Source of the DNA: Candidatus Gastranaerophilales bacterium
GTDB taxonomy: Bacteria > Cyanobacteriota > Vampirovibrionia > Gastranaerophilales > UBA9971
Assembly: GCA_028278305.1 (NCBI GenBank)
Contig: JANQEP010000089.1
Coordinates: forward strand, 1-52,178
Direction of reading: 5' to 3'
DNA: 52,178 bases
How positions within the stretch are numbered: the stretch's first letter is position 1; the number at the start of each line of letters is the position of its first letter. The position numbers and the translations under genes are program-made. The notes under the pieces were generated by a model. That model made no database searches and was not told where the DNA came from. It saw only the letters and a program-made list of their open reading frames with translations. Below, piece after piece: positions 35,269-44,358 of this stretch.

Positions 35269-36843
35269 ATGGAAAAATTTTATATTACAACTGCTATAGA
35301 TTACGTAAATGCGCCTCCCCATATAGGTCATGCCTATGAAAAAATCGCTTCTGATGTAATTTTCAGACATTACCGGCAAAGGGGGATTCCGGGATTTTTT
35401 CTTATAGGTACTGATGAGCACGGCATAAAGATCCAGAAAACAGCCAATGAAAAGGATGTTACTCCACAGGATTTTTGTGATGAAATTGCCGCAAAATTTA
35501 TAAAAGAGTGGGAATTGCTTGATATTAAATATAACAGGTTTATAAGAACCACGGAAAACGACCATAAAAGGGTAGTTCAACATATTTTTAAAACATTGAC
35601 GGATAAGGGAGATATTTATAAAGCCTCTTATACCGGGCTGTATTGCACAGGGTGCGAGTGTTTCCTGAATGAAAGAGAGCTTGACGAAAACGGGTTATGT
35701 CCTGATCATAAGACAAAACCACAGGAAATTAAAGAAGAAAACTATTTTTTCAGGCTTTCCAGATACAAAGACCGGATAAAAGATCATATAAAAGCTAATC
35801 CTGGATTTATACTTCCTGAATACCGAGCAAGTGAAGTGTTAAATCAGCTTAAAAATGTAGAAGATATAAGTATATCAAGATCAAAAGAGTCTGTAAGCTG
35901 GGGAATACCTGTTCCTGGGGATGACAGCCAGATAATTTACGTATGGATAGATGCGCTGTCAAACTATTTAACCGGCATCGGATATCTGAATAACCCTGAG
36001 TTATACGAAAAATTCTGGTCCGCAGACTGCCATATGATCGGTAAGGACATCCTTAAATTCCATGCTATATACTGGACAGCCATCCTGATGGGAATGGAAA
36101 TTCCCTTGCCGAAAACAATTTACGCTCATGGCTGGATTACTGTTGATCAGTCAAAAATGAGCAAATCCCTCGGAAATGTAATAGCCCCTAGTACTATTCT
36201 GGATTCTTTTGAGCTAAAAAGCCCTGATTCCCTGCGTTATTTTTTGATAACAACCACCACATTCGGTAATGACGGGAATTACAGCGATGAAGACTTTAAA
36301 AACAAGGTTAATGCTGATCTTGCAAATAATCTGGGTAACCTTCTTAACCGCTCATTAAGTATGCTGGTAAAATATTTTGACGGAAATATACCTGCTGAAG
36401 GAGTTACATCTTCTGAAAATAATGAACTGGCGAAACTGGCGGAAAAAACACGGCAATCTGTTATTGAAAGTATTGATAATTACCGGCTTGCCCTGGCTGC
36501 GGAATCTATTATAAGTTTTGTTGACAGCGCTAATAAATACATAAATGAACAGGTTCCCTGGACTCTTGCAAAAAATGATGAAACAAAAATTCAGTGCGCA
36601 CAGGTGTTGTATAATGTGCTTGAATCCTTAAGACATGTCAGTGTGCTAATTTACCCGTATGTTCCAAGCATAGCTCAGGATATGCGGGAACAACTGGGAC
36701 TTGAAGGGAAGGTTTGCGATATTTTACTTGATGATCTGCAATGGGGTGAGCTGCAACCCGGAAAAATCGCCTCAAAAGATAGCATAAAACCTGTATTCTT
36801 AAGATTGGACTCTGAACTCGCCGGTGAAAAAAAGAAAAAATAA
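35269..36843 (+). CDS. metG: methionine--tRNA ligase (short form without the C-terminal tRNA-binding domain)
   Basis: HIGH motif (PHIGHAYE), KMSKS motif (KMSKSLGN) and a zinc knuckle CTGCECF...CPDH. Confidence 0.95.
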   Translation: MEKFYITTAIDYVNAPPHIGHAYEKIASDVIFRHYRQRGIPGFFLIGTDEHGIKIQKTANEKDVTPQDFCDEIAAKFIKEWELLDIKYNRFIRTTENDHKRVVQHIFKTLTDKGDIYKASYTGLYCTGCECFLNERELDENGLCPDHKTKPQEIKEENYFFRLSRYKDRIKDHIKANPGFILPEYRASEVLNQLKNVEDISISRSKESVSWGIPVPGDDSQIIYVWIDALSNYLTGIGYLNNPELYEKFWSADCHMIGKDILKFHAIYWTAILMGMEIPLPKTIYAHGWITVDQSKMSKSLGNVIAPSTILDSFELKSPDSLRYFLITTTTFGNDGNYSDEDFKNKVNADLANNLGNLLNRSLSMLVKYFDGNIPAEGVTSSENNELAKLAEKTRQSVIESIDNYRLALAAESIISFVDSANKYINEQVPWTLAKNDETKIQCAQVLYNVLESLRHVSVLIYPYVPSIAQDMREQLGLEGKVCDILLDDLQWGELQPGKIASKDSIKPVFLRLDSELAGEKKKK

Positions 36844-37102
36844 AAATTATTAATGGTCTGAAAAAATAAACGTATAATTAAAAATTTATAAACGCCGCCT
36901 GTCATTCGTGTGGTTAAAATATATATTTTTCTCAATATACGAAAATTTTATAAGACCACTAATAGAATCCGGAAAATACAAAAGATCCGGTTTGCTTTGC
37001 CTTTAAGTACTAATTTCGTGTATTTTATTAGTGTATAAAAAAATATTAAACTCAACATCAAATTTATGATAATAGACGGTAAGAACTCTTTCAGGAGCGA
37101 AC

Positions 37103-38896
37103 TTGAGGGAAAAGGCAAAATATTTTAGGGAAATTTTTTATTTTTCCACACTTATATTGATTTTTGGAATTTTAACTTACGGTTTTTTCGGGCATGTAGG
37201 CAATGTCCTTGTAGATTGCGGCAGAGAGGCTTATATTCCCGAAAAAATCCTGGAGGGAAAAGTCCTTTATAAGGATGTTTTTATTTTATATGGTCCTTTT
37301 TCCTATCAAATAAATGCTCTTTTATATAAAATTTTTGGAATACATTTAAATACTCTTTATTTTGCGGGAGTTGCAAATTCCTTTCTGATTCTGTCGGTTT
37401 ATTACTGGATATCACGCAGGTTGACTTCAATAAAAACAAGCTGGCTTGTATGTTTTTTATTAATGACGGTCTGTATGTTTTACTATCATATTACAGGCTA
37501 TATTTTTCCTTATTCATACGGTGTAGTATATGCGCTGAGCGCTTTTTTAATTTCTGTTTTATTCTGCCTTTATTATATTGAAAAATCCAGTCCCCTGTTT
37601 TTAATCATGGCTGCGTTTTTTATGGGAATTTCTGCTGCTTCAAAGCTTGATTTCATAGGTTTTTCAATTGTTTTAGCCCTGATTGCGCTATATTTTAAGC
37701 CTTTAGATACAAAAAATTTAGTTTATTTTACGCTGGCTTACTTTTTTGTTCCTGTTATCTGCTGGGGAATTGTTTTTATTAACGGCTTAGAAGCGGGTGA
37801 GCTGTTAAATTACCTGGAAATGATGCGGGAATTTGTTAATTCACACCTTTTTAAGTATTTCTACCAGGAACATACAGGGTTGTATCCCACACATAAATTT
37901 CTCTGGGGTTTATCAAAAGTAGCGAGAATTTTTGCCTTTAATTTTAGTATATGCATCCTGGGTTTTTACGGTTTTTTCCTTGCTTTTGCAAAACTGCCGG
38001 AATTTCGGGGTAAGGGCTTTATTCAGACTGTCGGGTTTATCGCTTTATATATTCTGTTTCCCAAGGATTTTTTCAAGGCAATAGGAAATACTACCAGCCT
38101 GGGCTGGATAGCCGTGGGTACCGCGGTAATTCTGGCTTTATTCCTGGTATTCATTCTCATAGAGAATAAAATGAATTTCAAAAAGTTGCCGGAAATCAGG
38201 CTAAAAGACAAATTTTTTATACTTATAGCCCTGGCTGGAATCCTTTCCGCGCTAAAATCTTTCTTTTTCATAAACCTGCACGTATTCGGCACGTATTTTG
38301 TACCCCTTTTAATTCTGGCTAGCGTGGTGTTTTTATTCGATAAATTACCGCAGTATATAAAAATTCTACATGAAAAAGCCTGGAAACAGGCATGTTTTAC
38401 TGTTTTATTCCTGCTGGGAATTATTTATATACTCTCAAGCCTGAATTTTGCCCATATGGTCTATGATTACCCGCTAAAAACACACAGGGGCAAAATATAT
38501 ACAACCGATTACTGGGGAGCGGCGCTTGATAAACTTATGAGTTACATTGACCGGGAAATTCCTACCGGTAACCGTTTTGTCATGATGCCTGAGGGGTTGA
38601 TGATTAACTTTTTAAAAGACCGGGATGCAAATGACTGGTTTTATTCCCTCACCCCAAATTTTGTTGAAGCTTTTGAAGATAAGATTATTCAGGATATACA
38701 GCTTAAAAGTCCCGAATATATTTTCATAACAAACCAGGATACGAATGATTACGGTTTTCGTACTTTTGGCGAGGATTACGGGAAAAATATTTATAATTAT
38801 GTAAAAAATAATTATAATTTTCTGCAAAAAATAGAAGAACCATATTCCGGGCAAGCAATTCCCTTAAAAATAAAAATTTATAGAATAAAGCCTTAA
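37103..38896 (+). CDS. large polytopic membrane protein, possibly a GT-C type (ArnT/PMT-like) glycosyltransferase
   Basis: About 12 or more predicted TM helices followed by a soluble ~130-aa C-terminal domain. AGGAG lies 5 nt before TTG 37103. The family assignment rests on architecture only. Confidence 0.4.
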   Translation: MREKAKYFREIFYFSTLILIFGILTYGFFGHVGNVLVDCGREAYIPEKILEGKVLYKDVFILYGPFSYQINALLYKIFGIHLNTLYFAGVANSFLILSVYYWISRRLTSIKTSWLVCFLLMTVCMFYYHITGYIFPYSYGVVYALSAFLISVLFCLYYIEKSSPLFLIMAAFFMGISAASKLDFIGFSIVLALIALYFKPLDTKNLVYFTLAYFFVPVICWGIVFINGLEAGELLNYLEMMREFVNSHLFKYFYQEHTGLYPTHKFLWGLSKVARIFAFNFSICILGFYGFFLAFAKLPEFRGKGFIQTVGFIALYILFPKDFFKAIGNTTSLGWIAVGTAVILALFLVFILIENKMNFKKLPEIRLKDKFFILIALAGILSALKSFFFINLHVFGTYFVPLLILASVVFLFDKLPQYIKILHEKAWKQACFTVLFLLGIIYILSSLNFAHMVYDYPLKTHRGKIYTTDYWGAALDKLMSYIDREIPTGNRFVMMPEGLMINFLKDRDANDWFYSLTPNFVEAFEDKIIQDIQLKSPEYIFITNQDTNDYGFRTFGEDYGKNIYNYVKNNYNFLQKIEEPYSGQAIPLKIKIYRIKP

Positions 38897-39849
38897 TCTT
38901 CGGTTTTTTCAGGTTCTTTTTCCTTGGAGTTCTTTGTCTTTTTTGTTTTAGCTGCAGTTTTTTTAGGCTTGGTTTCTTCAACCTGCTGTTTTTTGAACTC
39001 TTCAGGAGCATCTTCCCGCTCAGTGTTCCATCTTGGCAGGTCCATCTGCTTTCTGATGATTCCTATGCCGACATGGACTCTCCATTCATCCACTTTTAGC
39101 TGTTTTGCAATTATTTTATGGCATCCGATAGGAGGAAGCGGTAGTAAAGGTTCATAAAGATTCTTTATCGCCATAAGCTGGTCTGCTGATACAGCGAGTT
39201 TTCTTTTTGGGTAAGGAAGCTTTGGCAGCTTCATTTTTTGTCTTACCAGGTTTATGCCGAAGAAAACTTTATTAGGTTCAAGTCCTATTTTTTCACCGAT
39301 AACTTCATGACAGTCCGGATTTGGCAGCGGAAGCATTGTTTTATAGAGGTTTTCTATCTCAGTAACTTGCTCCCTGCTTATCAGAAGCTTTTTGTTTGCA
39401 GCTGCGGGTCTTCTTCTGTTATTCTGGTTAAAGCTTCTGCCGCCCTGCCTGTTAAAGCCCCCCTGTCTTGGAGGTCCGCCCTGCCTGTTAAAGCCTCCTT
39501 GTCTTGGAGGTCCGCCCTGTCTATTAAAGCCCCCCTGTCTGTTAAAACCGTCATTTCTCTGCTGGGGACGGGGGCGGTTAAACCCGCTTCGGTTTTGCTG
39601 GTCCGGTCTTCTATAACCCTGATCCTGGGATTCCCTTGCAACAAAGTATCCCGGTGTTTTTTGCCTGAACTTATTTTCTTCTCTGACAGGTTTTTGTTCA
39701 GGTTCAGCAGGTTTTTCCTTTAGTGCATTGCTGTATGTTTGTAATGAAAGATCTTTTCTGTCCGGATATAGGCACGCTGGGCATATAACTCTTTTTGGAT
39801 TCTTTGTTTCGAATTCTGCGCCGCATTTAGTACATTTATTTTTATACAT
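38893..39849 (-). CDS. zinc-ribbon protein with GGFNRQ/GGPPRQ low-complexity repeats and two tandem ~50-aa HTH-like modules
   Basis: N-terminal CTKCG...CPAC. Repeats GGFNRQGGPPRQ. Duplicated modules (LYKTMLPLPNPDCHEVIGEKIGL... and LYEPLLPLPPIGCHKIIAKQLKV...). Lys/Glu-rich tail. Confidence 0.6.
   Translation of the reverse strand: MYKNKCTKCGAEFETKNPKRVICPACLYPDRKDLSLQTYSNALKEKPAEPEQKPVREENKFRQKTPGYFVARESQDQGYRRPDQQNRSGFNRPRPQQRNDGFNRQGGFNRQGGPPRQGGFNRQGGPPRQGGFNRQGGRSFNQNNRRRPAAANKKLLISREQVTEIENLYKTMLPLPNPDCHEVIGEKIGLEPNKVFFGINLVRQKMKLPKLPYPKRKLAVSADQLMAIKNLYEPLLPLPPIGCHKIIAKQLKVDEWRVHVGIGIIRKQMDLPRWNTEREDAPEEFKKQQVEETKPKKTAAKTKKTKNSKEKEPEKTED
39440..39547. repeat. tandem 36-bp repeat (about 3 units, with an 18-bp sub-period) inside CDS 38893..39849
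   Basis: Units CCGCCCTGCCTGTTAAAGCCCCCCTGTCTTGGAGGT (39440-39475), a near-identical unit (39476-39511), and a diverged third unit. They encode GGFNRQGGPPRQ on the minus strand. Confidence 0.85.
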
Positions 39850-40405
39850 CCCTCAATTTAGCCCCTTTTGCTGATTTTAGAAAGGTTAATTTTAAACATT
39901 TTTTTCGATATATTTTACTAATTTAATCTGAAGAATTTTTAAAATCCTCCTTTGGGTTTCTCCCTGATTAATATACACCTCTCCCGTTTTGATTTATACT
40001 CTTTTTAAATAAAAATATATCATGAATAAATAATTAAAACCATTAATATACAATTATTTTTTATATTTTTATTTAAAAATTTTCTATAATCAAGACTTTA
40101 TAGAAACTTATCCTGATTTTTCTTTTATTGCAGACTGTGTGAAAAAGTATATTAAAAACCTTTAAAATCGCTTAAAATCTCCATTTAAATTAAGTATAAA
40201 CTTGAGGATTTACAATAAGAAAAATAATGTTTTTCAGTCATAAAAAATTTGACCAACGTAAATATATGTTAATTTTTTAAAATTTTTTACCAAAATTTCA
40301 ATAATATTGTCAATTTAGGCTTGTAAAATTTTTTAAATGATATATATTATAAAATATAAGGATAAAATTATTCTACTTAATCCCGCAAAATTTGGAGGTC
40401 AGACT

Positions 40406-40564
40406 TTGAGTAACTGTAAGGTAAAGAACATAACCGCAAATAGTGCATCAACTTCTGAAAACGAATTTAAAAAAGAATTTGAAATAACCTTTGAAACCCG
40501 CGATAAGATTGATACAATCCAGCTCTCAGGACACGGTGCTGTAAAAGCTACTGTTTCTGTATAA
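40406..40564 (+). CDS. hypothetical 52-aa protein
   Basis: GGAGG (40394-40398) lies 7 nt upstream of TTG 40406. The upstream part of track ORF 40337..40564 is AT-rich and promoter-like. No motif recognised. Confidence 0.3.
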   Translation: MSNCKVKNITANSASTSENEFKKEFEITFETRDKIDTIQLSGHGAVKATVSV

Positions 40565-40784
40565 TATTTGACGGAGCTCCGGTGGTGCATTGTATTTCTG
40601 TCTTTTATAAACTGAACCGGAAAAGTATCCGCAATTTTTTACTTTCCCGGGCTGGTGCGAATTTATGATTACTACGTATGTATGTTTTTTCTGTTTTCCT
40701 GATTTAAAACTAAAGTAATGTATATTATTATTTAATTGATAAGAGTTTTTATTCTTATAAAAATGCTTTTAAACTGATTACGTT

Positions 40785-41888
40785 ATGGAAACAGAAGAAC
40801 TTTTAAAATCACTTTCAGTCAGGGAAAAACTTTTCCAGATGTTTATACTGGGGTTTGCCGGGAAAATTCCCTGTGCTGAGAATATGAATATTCAAAAAGC
40901 AATCCAGGCAGGACTGGCGGGAGTTATCCTGTTTTCCGAAAATATTCACTGCTATGAGCAGACCGTAAAATTAACTGAAAGCCTGCAGAAAACAGCCCGG
41001 GTTCCGCTTTTTATAAGTATTGACCAGGAGGGCGGCAGGGTCGAGAGGACGGTTAATATTAAAAATAAAATTAATTACCTTTCTCCGGCTGAGCTTGCAG
41101 CAGCAGGAAATTCGGAATATGCGCAAATACAGGCTCATGTTATGTCGGAAGAATTAAAATTCATGGGCATTAACATGAACTTTGCACCGGTCATGGATGT
41201 AAATACAAATAAAAACAAATCTATTATAGGTTCAAGATCGTTTAGTGATAACCCTGAGAAGGTAATAGAACTTGCAAAACCCTTTTACCATAGCTTTATG
41301 AAAAATTCTGTCATTCCCGTAATCAAGCATTTTCCCGGGCATGGCGCTACGGGTGAGGATTCCCACTTAACCATGCCTGTTGTGGACATGGCTTTTGAAA
41401 AGCTGGAGAGTATTCATATAAAACCCTTTATTCAGGCAATAAAAGACGGTGTAAACGCGATTATGGTTAATCATGTACATTATAGAGCCTTTAATGATGA
41501 TCCTATACCTGCTTCGCTCTCTAAAATCATTGTTAGCGGCTATCTGCGAAAAAAGTTAGGATTTCAGGGACTGGTTGTATCCGATGATATGGTCATGGGC
41601 GGGGTTCAGAACTATTTTGACAGTTATGAAGCCTGTTTAAAAGGGATTCATGCAGGAATTGACCTTTTTATCTTTAAATATTCTTCTGATGAAACTTTAA
41701 AAATAATGGAAAAACTTCATGATGCCGTGACTAACGGGGATTTATCCGAAGAAAGAATTGATGAGTCAGTAAGACGAATTTTGCTATGCAAGAAAACATA
41801 TAATTTTTGGCAGCAAAGAATGACGGATCTTTTGTTTAAACCTGAAATTCTTCAAAAAAAGATAGATAAAATCAGGGTTAAAGAATAA
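40785..41888 (+). CDS. nagZ: glycoside hydrolase family 3 beta-N-acetylhexosaminidase
   Basis: Motifs SIDQEGGRV, KHFPGHG and VVSDDM. The last codons and TAA stop lie in an R1 repeat copy. Confidence 0.8.
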   Translation: METEELLKSLSVREKLFQMFILGFAGKIPCAENMNIQKAIQAGLAGVILFSENIHCYEQTVKLTESLQKTARVPLFISIDQEGGRVERTVNIKNKINYLSPAELAAAGNSEYAQIQAHVMSEELKFMGINMNFAPVMDVNTNKNKSIIGSRSFSDNPEKVIELAKPFYHSFMKNSVIPVIKHFPGHGATGEDSHLTMPVVDMAFEKLESIHIKPFIQAIKDGVNAIMVNHVHYRAFNDDPIPASLSKIIVSGYLRKKLGFQGLVVSDDMVMGGVQNYFDSYEACLKGIHAGIDLFIFKYSSDETLKIMEKLHDAVTNGDLSEERIDESVRRILLCKKTYNFWQQRMTDLLFKPEILQKKIDKIRVKE

Positions 41889-41909
41889 AAACTTACGCAT
41901 TTTAAAATT
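41874..41909 (+). repeat. R1 dispersed palindromic repeat, truncated copy
   Basis: AGGGTTAAAGAATAAAAACTTACGCATTTTAAAATT. It supplies the last codons (VKE) and the TAA stop of nagZ. Confidence 0.8.
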
Positions 41910-41933
41910 AATGAATCAGACCACTAATGATGT

Positions 41934-42467
41934 TTAAAGGCTGTATTTAACCATAGAAACGATTTTTGTATCAGTGAAACGTTTAAATTTTTCTACTCCC
42001 TTGAGAAAATCAAGCTCAACAACAAATCCTATTCCTACAGGAATTCCTCCGATTTTTTCAATAAGCTCAAGGGTAGCAGAAGCCGTTCCGCCGGTAGCAA
42101 GCAGATCATCTACTACCAGGACTCTTTTTCCGGGTTCAATTGCGTCCTTGTGAATTTCAACTGTATCAGTGCCGTATTCCAGTTCATATGTAACTTTTTC
42201 TACCGCAGCAGGAAGTTTACCCGGCTTTCTGATGATTACCAGCCCCGTATTGAGATTATATGCGACAGGTGCACCAAATATAAATCCTCTGGATTCAATA
42301 CCGGCAACGTAATCTATATTCATGTCCTTAAATTTATCTGTCAGAAAGTTAACTATTCTTCTGAAAGCTTCAGGGTCTTTCAGTGCGGTAGATATATCTT
42401 TAAAAGTTATTCCGGGTTTTGGAAAATCAGGAATATCTCTAATTCTGGCTTTAACTAATTCCGGCAT
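41934..42467 (-). CDS. apt: adenine phosphoribosyltransferase
   Basis: PRPP motif VLVVDDLLATGGTA and the N-terminus IRDIPDFPKPGITFKDI. GGAGA RBS. Confidence 0.9.
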   Translation of the reverse strand: MPELVKARIRDIPDFPKPGITFKDISTALKDPEAFRRIVNFLTDKFKDMNIDYVAGIESRGFIFGAPVAYNLNTGLVIIRKPGKLPAAVEKVTYELEYGTDTVEIHKDAIEPGKRVLVVDDLLATGGTASATLELIEKIGGIPVGIGFVVELDFLKGVEKFKRFTDTKIVSMVKYSL

Positions 42468-42572
42468 TAATTAATTCTCCTCGTTTAAACTATCAATAAT
42501 ATTTTACAAAAAAATAAAATTTTTTGTTACTTTCTTAAAAATCACTCAGGACTCACGTGAGTATTAAAAATA

Positions 42573-44072
42573 TTACTTTTCATCAATCAAAACTTCATCC
42601 CTGAGCTTTGCAGGATTAATTTTTTTAAAAAATAGATTTATAGCTTTATCAATTACAAATTTATGTGTGCTGGATTTTAAAAGTATAATAACTGCAAAAT
42701 ATATGAACATACCGGCTAACACCTGGATTGCCGTTGTAAGACAGCTTACACCCATTAAACTTCCTATAATTCTGACCGGCAGATAAAAAAGCATAGCTGC
42801 TATTGAAAATTTAGCTAATTCAATAAAAAATTCCCTGTAAAAATTTTTAAGTTTCATATATGGCGCCGCAAAGCAGAAGAATAAAATTGTAATAAATACT
42901 TCAGCTATGATTGTGCTTATACCTGCACCTACTGCTTTATATTCAGGAATAATCAGGAGATTAATGAAAATTTTAATTATAAGCCCGATAAAAATTATTA
43001 GCGCACAGATTTTTTCTTTTCCGTATGGAATTAATACCTGCGTATTTGTCACTGAATTCCAGGCGTTAAGTATAATAGCAAAGGCTAAAATATTCATTAT
43101 TAAATATGTACCTGTAAAATCATCCCCCAGAAACCATGGGATAAATTCTTTTGATACAGCAATTACTCCTATACAAATTGGTATCGAAAGATAGGAAACA
43201 GCAGATAAAGATTTTGTAATATAAAAATTAACTTTCTCATATTCTTTATTTGCAATACTGTTAGTCATTCTTGGCATCATCACAGCAGCCAGCGAAACAG
43301 CCAGAGGTAAAATAACCTTGATCAGCCTGTCGCCCATTTCATAAACTCCTGCTTCACTAAGCCCTGCAATTTTTCCTACCATTATTTTATCGATCATTCC
43401 AAATACAAAAGTTGCAAATAGTGGCATGAACATATTAAAAGACGGTATAAAATGTTTAAATAAATTTTTAACTCCGGGAAGTTTGAATTTAATCTCGTTT
43501 TTTAGCTGAAACCATAAAAAAAGATTTCCAAGAATTCCGCTGAATGAAATAATGAAAGTATATAGCGGCAGATCATTTTTAGTATTAACAAAAATAAAAA
43601 CAGCTATAATTCCTAAAAATCTTGTTAAAAATAACCTGATAGATATTTTTTTAAAATCTTCCTGCCCGGTAAAATACCAGGAGATTTCAAATATACTTGT
43701 AAGAAAAATAAGTATCTGTATGTAATAAAGCTGTTTAAGAGCTTCTGAGCAGAACTGAATAAATATAAAATAAAATATCAAAGCAACAATACTTGTAAAG
43801 AGATTCAGGAAAAATAATTCCCAGAATATTCTGCTTCTTTTATCAAAATCATCTCTGCTATAGGCGATAAGCCTGCTTCCATAAAGATTTATCCCAAGCG
43901 CACCACATAAGATAAATATGGTCACTATAGAATTTGTATAAGCAAAAGCTCCTATTCCGTCACTCTCCAGCACTCTGCTTATATAAGGTATTGTTATGAC
44001 AGGAGATATGATTCTGAAGACTTGAAATAAACTATTATATATATAGTTTTCCAATAAACTTTTTTTCTTCAT
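42573..44072 (-). CDS. MOP-superfamily polysaccharide flippase (Wzx-like)
   Basis: About 14 TM helices. The N-terminus MKKKSLLENYIYNSLFQVFRIISPVITIPYISRVL is typical of Wzx/RfbX. The start is uncertain: ATG 44072 is preferred over TTG 44108. Confidence 0.7.
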   Translation of the reverse strand: MKKKSLLENYIYNSLFQVFRIISPVITIPYISRVLESDGIGAFAYTNSIVTIFILCGALGINLYGSRLIAYSRDDFDKRSRIFWELFFLNLFTSIVALIFYFIFIQFCSEALKQLYYIQILIFLTSIFEISWYFTGQEDFKKISIRLFLTRFLGIIAVFIFVNTKNDLPLYTFIISFSGILGNLFLWFQLKNEIKFKLPGVKNLFKHFIPSFNMFMPLFATFVFGMIDKIMVGKIAGLSEAGVYEMGDRLIKVILPLAVSLAAVMMPRMTNSIANKEYEKVNFYITKSLSAVSYLSIPICIGVIAVSKEFIPWFLGDDFTGTYLIMNILAFAIILNAWNSVTNTQVLIPYGKEKICALIIFIGLIIKIFINLLIIPEYKAVGAGISTIIAEVFITILFFCFAAPYMKLKNFYREFFIELAKFSIAAMLFYLPVRIIGSLMGVSCLTTAIQVLAGMFIYFAVIILLKSSTHKFVIDKAINLFFKKINPAKLRDEVLIDEK

Positions 44073-44115
44073 TTTATAATTATAGTTTAAGATTTCAGGT
44101 AACTTCAATTATTAA

Positions 44116-44282
44116 TTAACCAGAGTCGCTAATTACATGAATGCAACGTTTGCCAGACCCCCTGCTAAGCTGAAGATCCGGCTTTGCTTGCGTAAGCGGG
44201 AGCACAGCCTCATTTCTATAAATTTTAAGGAATTTTGAATCAGTCATATCAAGCCTTTTAACTATTTAGCAATTCGAGTTAA
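44116..44282 (-). mobile_element. R3 MITE-like repeat, copy B (167 bp, terminal inverted repeats)
   Basis: The ends TTAACCAGAGTCGCTAATTA and ATTTAGCAATTCGAGTTAA are inverted repeats. The interior is homologous to copy A. Confidence 0.65.
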
Positions 44283-44358
44283 TAAATGAGAGAATAATTT
44301 TAAATATTAGGTTATAATAAAAAAATAGTCTTAAACATATCTGTGAGTAAGAAAGCGG

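Noticed and set aside
35227-35583. Minus-strand 118-aa ORF overlapping the metG 5' region
   Set aside because: It is a shadow ORF inside the strongly supported metG coding region. Other antisense or out-of-frame track ORFs are rejected for the same reason. On the minus strand these are 1916..2206, 5183..5449, 5898..6272, 12425..12727, 12864..13208, 14771..15043, 26198..26485, 38724..39011 and 44437..44727. On the plus strand they are 1200..1382, 2759..3034, 9994..10374, 20418..20726, 23512..23823, 32331..32627, 42150..42458, 48098..48538 and 49486..49876.
39238-39723. Plus-strand ORFs (39238..39723, 39392..39616) with repetitive LLKPPCLGGPPC translations
   Set aside because: They are alternative-frame readings of the 36-bp tandem repeat. 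The minus-strand frame gives a full-length protein with a zinc ribbon and duplicated modules.
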